A stretch of DNA of 64,000 nt from Candidatus Spongiisociaceae bacterium (GCA_965219685.1 CBDCOH010000002.1:64001-128000); one strand, 5' to 3'; counted from the first letter of the stretch, positions 1 to 10,369 are shown. Notes: generated by a model not told the origin, from the letters alone. A program made the numbers and translations.

Positions 1-1019
1 CGTACGACATAGCTATTCCCATTCCCAAGCTGAGTCTGACACACAATGTCCGTAGGCTGTCAGGCTTGGACGTGGACTCGCTTGATGCGATTTTCGACCG
101 AGAAGACATAGACGAGCGGTACCGAATGCGACTGCGTATGGCGTTTGCTCCCACGGAGACCCACGTCCATCAGGCTGACATAGCCATCGACGATCTTCCA
201 CCTACCGGAACCATCCTGGCTGGCATAACCAACAAGGTCATAAGTCAGGCCCGACTGACGAATAGTTTCGCCGAGCTGTTTCCGACAGTACATGCTTATG
301 TTCGCGATCGTTGTTTCGGACGCGAAGTCGATCCAGACGATGAATCCCTGCGCTCCCATCTGAATCGTCTGGAGTTACAGGAGGGGATCGCAGGATACCT
401 AGCAGCCGAGATCGGTAATCTCACTGTCGAGCGACGCCCCATCGAGTTCGAGAAGGCCGATTTCCGGCTGTCCCAGACGAGGCCTTTCACCTGGCGACGA
501 GACCTCCCACCGCTGGAGGCGCAGAAGACAGTCTTCAACTATGTGGCCACCTACAATTCCTTCGAGCGTCAATTCGCCGGATTCCTGGATCGCTCTGATG
601 ACGTGTTGCGGTTTGCAGCGTTGGGTACGACAGAGCAGGGATCTTCAGGGACTGCCTTCCGTGTCGACTACCTGAAGCCAACCGGCGCCATTGGTTTCTA
701 CTACCCGGACTGGGTGGCCGTTCAGCAGACGGAAGAGGGGGAGGTGAACTGGATCATCGAGACGAAAGGGCGCGTCTGGTACGGCACCGAGGCAAAAGAC
801 GCCGCCATGAAGAACTGGTGCGAGTCAGTGAGTCGGACGAGCCTCGTGCCGTGGCGGTACCTCCGAGTCAATCAATCCGACTTCCGGCCGGAGGCGGAAT
901 CGCTCAGGGAGCTCGTTGTCGGGCTCATCGGCGAGGCAATGTTCGCTGAGCGTGACCAACGAGAAACAACCATGTCCCGAGCGGAGATCCGTCAAGCACG
1001 CGACGAAGGCCGTGCATGA
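1..1019 (+). CDS. Type III restriction enzyme Res subunit, C-terminal part (5' truncated by window)
   Basis: Frame open from base 3. PD-(D/E)xK nuclease motif YYPDWV...IIETKGR and 'E..FA.FLD...V.RF' typical of Res C-termini. Confidence 0.8.
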   Translation, partial: YDIAIPIPKLSLTHNVRRLSGLDVDSLDAIFDREDIDERYRMRLRMAFAPTETHVHQADIAIDDLPPTGTILAGITNKVISQARLTNSFAELFPTVHAYVRDRCFGREVDPDDESLRSHLNRLELQEGIAGYLAAEIGNLTVERRPIEFEKADFRLSQTRPFTWRRDLPPLEAQKTVFNYVATYNSFERQFAGFLDRSDDVLRFAALGTTEQGSSGTAFRVDYLKPTGAIGFYYPDWVAVQQTEEGEVNWIIETKGRVWYGTEAKDAAMKNWCESVSRTSLVPWRYLRVNQSDFRPEAESLRELVVGLIGEAMFAERDQRETTMSRAEIRQARDEGRA

Positions 1020-1411
1020 TGGCCGTTGTTATTGACGCTTCAACGGCGGCCGCGTGGTGCTTTCGTGACGAGGAGGGTACTGGAGAAGCCGACGCTGCTA
1101 TTGCGCGGTTGTCAGTTGAGACCGGGATTGTCCCGGGACTCTTCTGGCACGAGATGCGTAACGTCTTGGTAGTAGCCGAGCGGAGCGGACGGATCACATC
1201 TACAGACGTCGAACGCAACCTGTATCACCTCCGGACGCTACCTCTCCTCACAGACGATGACCAGAGCGACATCGATACGGTGGTTCTAGCGCGACGTCAT
1301 GGTCTGAGCGGCTACGACGCCGCCTACCTCGAGACCGCGAAACGGCACGGTGCAGATTTGGCGACTCTCGACAGGAAGCTCGCAACCGCTTCTGCTCGGG
1401 AAGGTTTGTGA
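1016..1411 (+). CDS. vapC: VapC-family PIN-domain toxin
   Basis: VIDAS...E..N...SGYDAAYL...LATLDRKL PIN motifs; ATGA overlap with upstream gene. Confidence 0.9.
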   Translation: MMAVVIDASTAAAWCFRDEEGTGEADAAIARLSVETGIVPGLFWHEMRNVLVVAERSGRITSTDVERNLYHLRTLPLLTDDDQSDIDTVVLARRHGLSGYDAAYLETAKRHGADLATLDRKLATASAREGL

Positions 1412-1442
1412 TGGACCCAACTCCAACACGTAGGGGCCCGTC

Positions 1443-2747
1443 CTAGCGCTTCCCGCTAACCCTCGCCGCCCAACCGTTCCTGGTCGCATCTGTAGTGACC
1501 GGCAGTGATGCCAGCGATCTGTGGTTGATCGACGCGACCCGGTCGGGCGGGCGACTATCCGCAAGGCGGGCTTCGGGGAACCCTGCCAGGAAGCCCTCGA
1601 CGGCGATCGTCGTCTCGAGGCGGGCGAGGGCGGCGCCTAGGCAGAAGTGGCGGCCGCGTCCGAACGAAAGGTGCGGCACCGAGGAAAAGGTCCGATCGGC
1701 CAGGTAGTGGTGTGGATCGGCGAAGCGGGTCGGGTCGCGATTGGCGGCAGAGATGACCGCGCTCACGGGATCTCCCGCCTTGATGACCGCGTCGCCGAGT
1801 TCAGTGTCCTCGACCGTGAGTCTGCGGAGCCTCGTGATTGATGGCTCGGAACGGAGCGTCTCCTCGATTGCGCCGGGCAGCAAGTCCGGCGAGGTTCGCA
1901 CCTTGTCGAGTTGGTCGGGATGGGTGAGCAGGCAGTGGATGGTGTTCGCTATCAGAGCCGTCGTCGTCTCGTGGCCGGCGATCAGCAGATGGATCGCCGT
2001 GAACAGCGCTTCCTCGAGAGTCATCCGCTCGGAACCCACCAGGGCGGCCAGTTCTGTGAGGAAGTCGTGCTCCGGCTGTTCCGATCGGGCGTCCAGCAGC
2101 CCGAGAATGAGCGATCGCCACTCGACCAGGGACCGGTCGAGGGCGCGGGCGTAGACGGGAACCGGGGCGGGGGTGCCGAAGAACCGGATCACCTCCGCTG
2201 ACCAGATGGGGAACCTACGGCGATCCGGTTCGGGAACCCCGAGCAACTCCGCGATCACGGTGACCGGGACCTGCTTGGCCAGACCGGCTACCACGTCGAA
2301 CTGTTCGTTCCGCAGGCGGGCCTCGTTGATCAGGACGGCGACACGCTCCGAGATGGTGGTACCGAGGTGAGACACGGCCTTGGGTGAGAAGGAAGGGCCC
2401 AGGATGCGTCTCAATCGGGTGTGCTCGGGAGGATCGGTCTGGATCAGGCCCTGCTGGTTGTAGTGATGGCGGAGCGTGCCGACTTCGCGATGGACGGCGG
2501 CGGGCAGCCGACCGATGAACGTCTTGTTGAAACCGAAGTTGGAGAACTCGCCGGGTGAGAGCAGGACCTTCTCGACCAGGTCGTAGGACGTGACGAGCCA
2601 CTGCTCGAGGTAGGGACTCCAGTAGACAGGTGTGGTCTCCTGAAGCCGTTCGTACCAGGTATGGGGGTGGCGCGCGAACGCTCCCGAGGCCAGGGCCTCC
2701 TCGATCCGATCGATGGGTTCAGGCTTCGTCGCCAATGGTGGCCCCAC
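1443..2747 (-). CDS. Cytochrome P450
   Basis: AGHETT I-helix, EETLR (ExxR), heme motif FGRGRHFCLG. The start may be TTG at 2735. Confidence 0.95.
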   Translation of the reverse strand: MGPPLATKPEPIDRIEEALASGAFARHPHTWYERLQETTPVYWSPYLEQWLVTSYDLVEKVLLSPGEFSNFGFNKTFIGRLPAAVHREVGTLRHHYNQQGLIQTDPPEHTRLRRILGPSFSPKAVSHLGTTISERVAVLINEARLRNEQFDVVAGLAKQVPVTVIAELLGVPEPDRRRFPIWSAEVIRFFGTPAPVPVYARALDRSLVEWRSLILGLLDARSEQPEHDFLTELAALVGSERMTLEEALFTAIHLLIAGHETTTALIANTIHCLLTHPDQLDKVRTSPDLLPGAIEETLRSEPSITRLRRLTVEDTELGDAVIKAGDPVSAVISAANRDPTRFADPHHYLADRTFSSVPHLSFGRGRHFCLGAALARLETTIAVEGFLAGFPEARLADSRPPDRVASINHRSLASLPVTTDATRNGWAARVSGKR

Positions 2748-3588
2748 CGAGCAGCCGGCGTGGATTGACCTCGCTGATAGTCCGCCAGGAACTGCTGGTG
2801 AGGTTGGAGGCTCTGAGAGCAGCCACGTACTGCTCGATGTTGACAGCCGGGTACGAGGTGGCGAAGAGCATCCGATCGCGCAGGTACCCGTTGGCCGCGG
2901 CGGTGTAGTCCGCCTGGCCGGGCATATTGGCCCAGTAGAGATCCGGCATCACCCACACATTCGGCCGCCGCCATGCCACTCCGAGCATTTCGGTCACCCA
3001 TGGCCAGCCGCCGTGGACAGCCACGACGTCTAACCGGGGGAAGTCCCGGGTCATCCGGTCGAGGACCAGCGGCGATGCATAGGAGATATCGGGGTTGGCG
3101 TCGCCCCCCGTGATGAAGACGGGCAGTCCCATCGAAGCGACGCGCTCGTAGATCGGGTAGAGGCTCGGGTCATCGGCATGGAGAGGGGGATCGTGGAGCC
3201 CGGGTTCCACGGCGATACCGGCAAAGCCCAACTTCTCGCACGCGGCAAGGTCGGTGGCCGCGTCGGTGGGCGTCATCCGTACGCAACCGACTCCAAGGAA
3301 GCGATCGCCATGTGCACTGACGAAGCGCGCAACCGACTCGTTGGATGTGCCGCCCACCGTGTCGTTGTGGATACGGGCGAACACCACCGCCTGGCCGATA
3401 CCCGCGGCCGTCATCTCCTCGTTGAAGGCGGCCATGGAACGGAGTCTGATGGAGGCGGGAAGGTCGTAGCCGCGTCTCCGAAGCACCGCGGAAGCCCAGT
3501 CGGGTGACGCGAACATGCGCTGTGACAGGAATTCGTCCGCGGGCGGGCGGGCTCTCATATCTATGGCGCGGGGCGGCATGCTATCCAC
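2719..3588 (-). CDS. Amidohydrolase_2 family protein
   Basis: LYPIYE...GLPV, FPRL.VVAVHGGWPW, DRMLFATSYP. Confidence 0.85.
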   Translation of the reverse strand: MDSMPPRAIDMRARPPADEFLSQRMFASPDWASAVLRRRGYDLPASIRLRSMAAFNEEMTAAGIGQAVVFARIHNDTVGGTSNESVARFVSAHGDRFLGVGCVRMTPTDAATDLAACEKLGFAGIAVEPGLHDPPLHADDPSLYPIYERVASMGLPVFITGGDANPDISYASPLVLDRMTRDFPRLDVVAVHGGWPWVTEMLGVAWRRPNVWVMPDLYWANMPGQADYTAAANGYLRDRMLFATSYPAVNIEQYVAALRASNLTSSSWRTISEVNPRRLLGGATIGDEA

Positions 3589-3688
3589 CTAGCGGTCTGT
3601 GGGCAACATCAAGACACAGTGTGCGCCGACGCGACGGGCATCGAAGGCAGGCCCGAGCAGGCTGAGTTGTTATTGGGCAGACCGCTAG
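3589..3688. mobile_element. 100-bp MITE-like element with CTAG-ended inverted repeats
   Basis: CTAGCGGTCTG at 3589-3599 and its perfect reverse complement CAGACCGCTAG at 3678-3688; related to the element at 13481. Confidence 0.6.
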
Positions 3689-4236
3689 CCCCATTTGGCT
3701 GCGGGAGGGGAATCACCGCTGGGGAGTGGGACGACATCCCACGGGTGGTACGACTCGAAGATGCGGGAGTGGAGTTCGGCCTCTGCGATCGCCCAGAGGA
3801 TGCTCCACTGCCGCCGGGCATCGGCTTCAGTCGTGACCTGGAAGGGCCAGTCACCGGCATCCGAGCCGGCTAGATGGCCGTGGGTCCAGCCGTCGTGGAA
3901 GTGCGCGCGGATAGTGATCGGGCGTACCGCCTTACCAGCCTCGATCCTGTGCGTAGCCGCTCGCTGTTGTGGCCACGAGAGTTCCCACCGAGCCTCGAGG
4001 TTCTGTCCGGAATCGACGATGGGACCTTCGATCCTGCCGGCGCCGGAGAGCATCACCTCGTTGAACCGCTGCAGAACCTCCGCCACGACCCGGCTGAGCA
4101 GGTGTACCGCCTGGTGGAATACGTCCTCGCGTTCCGAACGGTCCCGAGCGCCCTCGTAGGTGTCGGTGCGAAGGTCCATCAGGTGGCGCTGGTAGTCCTG
4201 GGCTCGCAGATCCTGCAAGTCGGTCGGCGGGTTCAA
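3685..4236 (-). CDS. Hypothetical protein (183 aa)
   Basis: Globular-looking ORF with GAGGA RBS; no family recognised. Confidence 0.7.
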   Translation of the reverse strand: MNPPTDLQDLRAQDYQRHLMDLRTDTYEGARDRSEREDVFHQAVHLLSRVVAEVLQRFNEVMLSGAGRIEGPIVDSGQNLEARWELSWPQQRAATHRIEAGKAVRPITIRAHFHDGWTHGHLAGSDAGDWPFQVTTEADARRQWSILWAIAEAELHSRIFESYHPWDVVPLPSGDSPPAAKWG

Positions 4237-4407
4237 TCCTCAATCCCTCCTGGCCCCCAGGGCGTCTCCTCGACCCGCCTATAATAGATCAAAATCTTTG
4301 ATCGATCACGAATCCTGGGTGACGATTGGTGGCTCATGAAGAAGGCTATACGATGAATGTGGTGTGTTGGAGCGTGGGGTGCGCGGTCGGCAGGGAACGG
4401 ATCGTCC

Positions 4408-4830
4408 ATGATTGAATTGGATCCGCAGCGTCGAACGATCGACGTTGCGATCACATGCCACGACTTCGAGGCCTCGCTGGAGTTCTACAGGGACACGCTC
4501 GGATTCGAGGTGGTGGTCGACACGCAGATCTCCGAGGAAGTGGCGACCGGGATCGGACTTGCATCGAGCGGCTTCCACCAGGTAAGGCTCCAGGCCGGTG
4601 GCACGCTGATCAAGCTGATGGATATAGAGCCGCCGCCTCCCGCAGCCTCGCACGAGTTCGCGGCGGGTGTCCGCTGGCTGACCATCTACGTGAAGGACAT
4701 CCGGGCCGTGATATCAGATCTGTCGGAAAAGGGCGTGGAGTTCCTGGCCGAACCGCTTACGGGGAAGCACGCCACCGCGGTAGCCGCGACCGGCCCTGAT
4801 GGGCTGCTGATCGAGTTCGCCCAGGTCTGA
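4408..4830 (+). CDS. VOC/glyoxalase family protein
   Basis: DVAITCHDFEASLEFYRDTLGF...GPDGLLIEF; ATG at 4408. Confidence 0.85.
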   Translation: MIELDPQRRTIDVAITCHDFEASLEFYRDTLGFEVVVDTQISEEVATGIGLASSGFHQVRLQAGGTLIKLMDIEPPPPAASHEFAAGVRWLTIYVKDIRAVISDLSEKGVEFLAEPLTGKHATAVAATGPDGLLIEFAQV

Positions 4831-5006
4831 GCGCCTCAATCCCCTGCTCGTCTCCGGCGTGCAGGATCGTGACCGGCGAGAGTTCCGCTGTCAAAGCGCG
4901 GCCGGTACCTGCGTGGTGCTCGGGCGGCCGTCCCGAATCGCGCTACGGTACGATTCTGGCCTGCGGGGCTAGTCCCTGTGGTTTGGTGTCATAAGGAGGT
5001 TGTGAA

Positions 5007-5792
5007 ATGGGCCGGCTCGACGACAAGGTGGCGGTGGTAACCGGATCGTCTCGCGGTCTCGGGGAAGGGATCGCCCGGCACCTGGCCGCCGAAGGTGCGG
5101 CCGTGGTGTGTGCCGATGTGCTTGACGCCTCCGAAGTGGCCGCATCATTGCCCGCCGCACCCTCGGGCGCTCGCGCCGCGGCCGTCCACCTCGATGTCAC
5201 CGACAGTGGCCGGGTTGAGGAGGTCATGCGCGACGTCGCCGCCGAGTACGGGAGTCTCGACATCCTCGCCAACAACGCCGGGGTTGCGCAGCCGATCGCC
5301 GAGGTGATCGACACGTCCGACGAGGTGATCGACCAGGTTTTCGCGGTGAACGTGCGGGGGGTGATCAACTGCTCCCGGTCTGCGGCGCACATCATGAAGG
5401 AGAACATGTGGGGCCGGATCATCAACACCGCCTCGCAGACGGGGAAGGTGGCCTGGCCGGGTTGGGGCATCTATTCGGTCTCCAAGTTCGCGGTGGTCGG
5501 ACTCACCCAGGTGATGGCTCTCGAGCTCGCGGCCTACAACATCACCGTCAACGCCATCTGTCCCGGCACGATGTTCACCAATATGACCAGGACCGGTTTC
5601 GGCATGGCTGCGCAGATGGCGGGCAGGGAACGCGAGGACCTGCTCGCCGAGCACATCGCCACCATCCCGATGCAGCGTCTGGGAACCGCGGACGACATCG
5701 GGGCGATGGCGGCCTTCCTGGCTTCCGACGACGCCAAGTTCACGACGGGCGCCAGCCTCAACCTGACGGGCGGCGAGCAGGTCTTTTTCTAG
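5007..5792 (+). CDS. SDR-family NAD(P)-dependent oxidoreductase
   Basis: TGSSRGLG, NNAG, YSVSK (YxxxK); AAGGAGG RBS. Confidence 0.95.
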   Translation: MGRLDDKVAVVTGSSRGLGEGIARHLAAEGAAVVCADVLDASEVAASLPAAPSGARAAAVHLDVTDSGRVEEVMRDVAAEYGSLDILANNAGVAQPIAEVIDTSDEVIDQVFAVNVRGVINCSRSAAHIMKENMWGRIINTASQTGKVAWPGWGIYSVSKFAVVGLTQVMALELAAYNITVNAICPGTMFTNMTRTGFGMAAQMAGREREDLLAEHIATIPMQRLGTADDIGAMAAFLASDDAKFTTGASLNLTGGEQVFF

Positions 5793-5831
5793 GACTCCCG
5801 GCATCCGGCGACCGGCCCTGAACGTGATGCC

Positions 5832-6944
5832 ATGAGCGGGATGCGTGCCGCCGTCTACCACGGCGCCCGCGACATCAGGATCGAGGAGATCGGTGTTCCC
5901 GAGCCTGGACCCGGAGAGTTGCTCCTCGAGGTGCACGCAGCCGGAATCTGCGGCACGGACGCATCCGAGTGGGATCACGGACCGATGATGTTCCCCGTGT
6001 CCGAGCGCAACCAGTGGTCCGGTCATGCAGGTCCGATGGTTCCCGGTCACGAGTTCGGCGGGCGGGTGGTCGACCGCGGCCCCGGCGTGGAGGGTTTCCC
6101 GGACGGCACGCTGGTGGCGAGCGGCGCCGGAGTGTCGTGCGGATCGTGCGGTCCGTGCCGGGCGGTCATCACCAACTTCTGCGAGCGATACTTCACGGTG
6201 GGCCTGCAGAGGAACGGAGCCCTGGCCCAGTACGTGGCGGTTCCGGCGGGCGTCTGCCTGGATGTGGGTGAGTTGGGCCTCGACGACGACGGGGCCGCCT
6301 TGGTCCAGCCCATGTCGATCGCCCTCCACTCTCTCCGCCGGGGCGAACCGGATCGCGGGGACTCCGTGGTCGTGATCGGGATCGGTGGGGTTGGCGCCTT
6401 CCTGGTCTACGCGGCCGCCCGGTCCGGCCTGCGGGTGTTGGCCGCCGATCTCGATCCGGAACGCCTGCGGATCGCCGCTGCACTCGGCGCTTCTCTCACC
6501 CTCCAGGTCGACCCGGATGAACCCCTGGCCGGCCAGCTGGCAAGCGCTCTCGGAGGACGGGCTGCCGCTGCCTACGAGGTGACGGGAGTCCCTTCGGTGC
6601 TGAACGCGGCGCTCGATGTGGTAGCGCCGCGGGGGCGGGTGGTGGCGATCGGGCTCGGCGCGGCGCCCGTGCCGGTCGATGTGCGGTCCCTCACGCTGCG
6701 GGAGCTGTGCCTGGTGGGCACCAACGCCCACGTCTTCGCGGCCGACTTCGCTGATGCCGCCCGGCTGGTGGCGAGCCGCGCCGCGGGTTGGTCCGACGTG
6801 GCGCCGGTCGCCCTGCCCCTCGACCGCGTGGTGGCCGACGGGCTCCGTCCGATGGTGGACCGGAAGCCCGAGCGGATCAAGACCCTCGTCGACCCCTGGA
6901 CGACCACCATCCGACCGGCGGCAGGAATAGTGAATAGTGAATAG
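5832..6944 (+). CDS. Zn-dependent alcohol dehydrogenase (MDR; butanediol dehydrogenase-like)
   Basis: GICGTD, GHEFGG, structural-Zn C..C..C.......C, GIGGVG. Confidence 0.9.
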   Translation: MSGMRAAVYHGARDIRIEEIGVPEPGPGELLLEVHAAGICGTDASEWDHGPMMFPVSERNQWSGHAGPMVPGHEFGGRVVDRGPGVEGFPDGTLVASGAGVSCGSCGPCRAVITNFCERYFTVGLQRNGALAQYVAVPAGVCLDVGELGLDDDGAALVQPMSIALHSLRRGEPDRGDSVVVIGIGGVGAFLVYAAARSGLRVLAADLDPERLRIAAALGASLTLQVDPDEPLAGQLASALGGRAAAAYEVTGVPSVLNAALDVVAPRGRVVAIGLGAAPVPVDVRSLTLRELCLVGTNAHVFAADFADAARLVASRAAGWSDVAPVALPLDRVVADGLRPMVDRKPERIKTLVDPWTTTIRPAAGIVNSE

Positions 6945-6987
6945 TGAATAGTGAATAGTGAATAGTGAATAGTGAATAGTGAATAGT
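6925..6987 (+). repeat. Heptamer tandem repeat (GAATAGT)9
   Basis: Nine perfect units, overlapping the ADH stop codon. Confidence 0.95.
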
Positions 6988-7030
6988 GAGAAGCTATATA
7001 CGTTAGCAGTGATTAAGTAGATGTGGTAGC

Positions 7031-7079
7031 CACCACTCACGACTCACCACTCACGACTCACCACTCACGACTCACCAGC
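7031..7079 (-). repeat. Heptamer repeat CACCACT/CACGACT alternating (inverted relative to 6925 array)
   Basis: Six alternating units plus one degenerate unit; reverse complement is AGTGGTG/AGTCGTG. Confidence 0.9.
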
Positions 7080-7123
7080 CACCACCACCAGCTAGCTAAA
7101 ATCGACCGCGGCCCGACTGAAAG

Positions 7124-8401
7124 GTGGTTCCCATGAATATGACCGAGCGTTCGCCCGAATTTCCGGTCGCCACCACGCCTGCTCCGGGTGTCATGGGAGT
7201 GGACTGGGAGCAACGGGTCGACTTCGACCGGCTGCGCAGTTACCGGCTGGCGCGGGCACGACAGGCCCTGGAAGAGTCGGATCTCGGTGCGCTGCTGGTG
7301 TTCGACACCGCCAACATCCGGTACCTGACCGCCACCCACATCGGGTACTGGGCCTTCAACAAGATGGAACGGTGGGCTCTGCTGACCAGGACCGGGGAGC
7401 CGTGGATATGGGACTTCGGGTCTGCCGCACGCGTCCACAAGATGCAGGCGCCCTGGCTCGTGCCCGAGCAGTCGGTGGGGGGCAACACCGGCCTGGCCGG
7501 ATCTATCGGCCCCGAGACCGGTCTGGTGACCAGGGCGGTCCGCGAGATCAGGGACGTCCTGCACGACGAGGGGGTGGCCGGGATGCCCGTCGGCGTCGAC
7601 ATGGCCGAGGCCGAGATGTTCCTCGAGCTGGCCCGGGCCGGGATCGAGGTGCGCAACGGGCAGCAGACCATGCTTGCGGCTCGCGAGATCAAGAGCCAGG
7701 ACGAGATCGTCCTCCTGACCCAGGCATCGGCGATGGTGGACGGCGTCTACCAGGACATCTTCGAGGCCCTCAAGCCGGGCGTGAGGGAGTCCGACATCGT
7801 GGCTCTCGCCAACAAGAAGCTGTACGAGATGGGCTCGGAGCACGTGGAGGCCATCAACTCGATCGCGGGGGAGCGGTGCAGCCCTCACCCGCATGTCTTC
7901 TCGGACCGCCTCATCCGTCCCGGCGACACCGCCTACTTCGACATCATCCAGGCGCACAACGGCTACCGGACCTGCTATTACCGGACGTTCGTGGTGGGCA
8001 GGGCCACCCAGGCGCAGCGCGACGCCTACAAGAGAGCCCGCGAGTGGATCGACGCCGCCATCGCCCTGGTAAAGCCCGGAACGACCACCGACGAGATCGC
8101 CCGGGTGTGGCCGGAGGCCGAGCAGTTCGGCTTCCCCGACGAGATGGAGGCCTTCGGTCTCCAGTTCGGTCACGGGGTCGGTCTGGCGGTCCACGAGAGG
8201 CCGGTGATCAGCCGGCTCAACTCCATCGACACCCCGATCGAGCTGAAGGAGGGCATGTTCTTCGCCCTGGAGACCTTCTGCCCGGCGGATGACGGCCGTT
8301 CCGCCGCCCGGATCGAGGAACAGGTGGTCTGCTCGGCGGAGGGTCCCAAGGTCGTGACCCTCTTCCCGGCCGAGGAGCTGATGGTCGCCAATGAGTACTG
8401 A
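7124..8401 (+). CDS. Xaa-Pro peptidase (M24) family protein
   Basis: GHGVGLAVHERP, FALET, RIEEQV metal-site motifs. Likely start is ATG 7133 or 7139. Confidence 0.9.
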   Translation: MVPMNMTERSPEFPVATTPAPGVMGVDWEQRVDFDRLRSYRLARARQALEESDLGALLVFDTANIRYLTATHIGYWAFNKMERWALLTRTGEPWIWDFGSAARVHKMQAPWLVPEQSVGGNTGLAGSIGPETGLVTRAVREIRDVLHDEGVAGMPVGVDMAEAEMFLELARAGIEVRNGQQTMLAAREIKSQDEIVLLTQASAMVDGVYQDIFEALKPGVRESDIVALANKKLYEMGSEHVEAINSIAGERCSPHPHVFSDRLIRPGDTAYFDIIQAHNGYRTCYYRTFVVGRATQAQRDAYKRAREWIDAAIALVKPGTTTDEIARVWPEAEQFGFPDEMEAFGLQFGHGVGLAVHERPVISRLNSIDTPIELKEGMFFALETFCPADDGRSAARIEEQVVCSAEGPKVVTLFPAEELMVANEY

Positions 8402-9404
8402 GATGCTGACCGCTGCCGATGCGGTGGCCGCCATGGACGATCGGCTCCGCGTGTACCGGCTGATGCTGGAGGCCCGCCTATTCGAGGAGTACGCCTACCA
8501 GATGTTCCTGGAGGGTCTGGTCAAGGGCACTTCCCACCTGGCGACCGGGCAGGAGGCGATCGCAGCCGGTTTCGCGGCCGCCATGCGCCCGTCCGACCTC
8601 ACCTTCTGCACCTACCGGGGTCACATCCACACCCTGCTGAGGGGAACGCCGCCCGGTCCTCTCATGGCGGAGTTGCTCGGCCGCGCCACGGGAGTTTGCG
8701 GCGGCAAGGGGGGTTCCATGCACCTCACCTGGGCGCCGGCCGGGGCCATGGGCTCCTACGCCATCGTCGGAGCCCACCTCCCGATCGCCGCAGGTGCTGC
8801 CTGGGCAGCGATGGAGCGGGGCACCGGGCAGGTCTCGGTCTGCTTCTTCGGTGACGGCGCCACCAACATCGGCGCCTTCCACGAGGCGCTGAACATGGCG
8901 GTGGTCTGGAATCTTCCGGTGGTGTTCGTCTGCGAGAACAACCAGTACATGGAGTACACCCCGATCGGGTCGGTCACCGCGGTACCGCGCCCCGCCGCGG
9001 ACAGGGCGTCGGCCTACGGGCTCGACGCGATCGTCGTGGACGGCAACGATCCCGACGAGATGCTCGGCATCGCCCGCAGTTCTCTCGGAAAGGCCCGCGG
9101 CGGGGGAGGCCCCAGCCTTATCGAGGCCCTCACCTACCGGCACGGCGGCCACTCCCGCGCCGATCCCGGCACGTACCGCCCGGACGAAGAGGTCGAGAGG
9201 TGGAAGGCGAGGGATCCGATCCCGACCTACAGGGAGAGGCTGGCGGATGCCGGAGTGTCCGAGCAGCAGTTGTCCGGTGTAGAGGATTCCGTCGGGGCGG
9301 CCATGCGCGTCGCGATCGAGGAGGCGAAGGCGGCGCCCGCGCCCTCCCTGGATTCGATATCCACCGACGTTTGGGCGGACGGAGGTTCGCAGTGGCGCAA
9401 CTGA
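8391..9404 (+). CDS. TPP-dependent dehydrogenase E1 alpha subunit (acetoin/pyruvate DH-like)
   Basis: GQEA, TYRGH, GKGGSMH, GDGA...ENN, TYRHGGHS. Confidence 0.95.
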   Translation: MSTEMLTAADAVAAMDDRLRVYRLMLEARLFEEYAYQMFLEGLVKGTSHLATGQEAIAAGFAAAMRPSDLTFCTYRGHIHTLLRGTPPGPLMAELLGRATGVCGGKGGSMHLTWAPAGAMGSYAIVGAHLPIAAGAAWAAMERGTGQVSVCFFGDGATNIGAFHEALNMAVVWNLPVVFVCENNQYMEYTPIGSVTAVPRPAADRASAYGLDAIVVDGNDPDEMLGIARSSLGKARGGGGPSLIEALTYRHGGHSRADPGTYRPDEEVERWKARDPIPTYRERLADAGVSEQQLSGVEDSVGAAMRVAIEEAKAAPAPSLDSISTDVWADGGSQWRN

Positions 9405-10369
9405 TGACCTATCGCGAGGCGGTGGCATACGGGCTCGCCCAGGAGATGGAGCGGGACGAGACGGTCTACCTGATCGGTGAGGACGTGGCTGCGGCCGGTG
9501 GGGTCTTCAAGACCACGCCAGGTCTGCTGGAACGGTTCGGCCCCCGCCGGGTCCGTGACACACCCATCTCCGAGGAGGCCATAGTGGGGGCGACGATGGG
9601 AGCGGCCATGAACGGCCTGCGCCCTGTGGCCGAGATCATGTTTTCCGATTTCCTGGCCACCTGCTGGGACCTGGTGGCCAACCAGATCGCCAAGACCCGC
9701 TACATGACCGACGGCCAGGTGGCGCTGCCGCTGGTGATCAGGACCGCCAACGGAGGCGGGGTGCGCTTCGGTGCCCAGCATTCCCAGAGCCTCGAGAACT
9801 GGGCCATGTCGGTCCCGGGCCTCAAAGTGGTAGCTCCTTCAACCCCGCGCGATGTCGTGGCTCTGATGGCGGCCTCGATCCGCGATCCCGACCCGGTGGT
9901 CTTCTTCGAGCACAAGGCCCTGTTCGCGAACAAGGGCCCGGTCCCGGACGGGGAGGTGGTCGGGCAACTCGGCAAGGCCGTGGTGGTCCGCTCGGGATCC
10001 GACGCCACCATCCTGGCCCTCGCCGCCATGGTGCCCCAAGCCTTGGCCGCTGCCGACGAGTTGTCGAGCCGCGGAATCGAGGCGACGGTGGTGGATGTCC
10101 GCTGCCTGGTGCCACTCGATACCCGGACGATCCTGGAAGCGGTGGCGGGCACAGGGCGTGTGTACACAGTCGAGGAGAACCCGCGCCTGTGTGGCTGGGG
10201 CGCGGAGGTCGTCTCCATCATCGCCGAGGAGGCCTTCTACGACCTGGATGCTCCCATGGTCAGGATCACCACCGACCACATCCCGCTTCCGTCGGCCGAC
10301 ATCCTCGAGGACGCCACCATTCCGTCAGCCGCCCGGATCGTGGAGACGGTCGAGAGGACCATCGACTGA
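9392..10369 (+). CDS. TPP-dependent dehydrogenase E1 beta subunit
   Basis: GEDV, RVRDTPISE, RPVAEIMF, GAQHSQ; GTG 9392 after GGAGG. Confidence 0.95.
   Translation: MAQLMTYREAVAYGLAQEMERDETVYLIGEDVAAAGGVFKTTPGLLERFGPRRVRDTPISEEAIVGATMGAAMNGLRPVAEIMFSDFLATCWDLVANQIAKTRYMTDGQVALPLVIRTANGGGVRFGAQHSQSLENWAMSVPGLKVVAPSTPRDVVALMAASIRDPDPVVFFEHKALFANKGPVPDGEVVGQLGKAVVVRSGSDATILALAAMVPQALAAADELSSRGIEATVVDVRCLVPLDTRTILEAVAGTGRVYTVEENPRLCGWGAEVVSIIAEEAFYDLDAPMVRITTDHIPLPSADILEDATIPSAARIVETVERTID

Noticed and set aside
6925-7079. Repeats as a CRISPR array
   Set aside because: 7-bp tandem units with no unique spacers and no cas genes; the same applies at 19468 and 23712.
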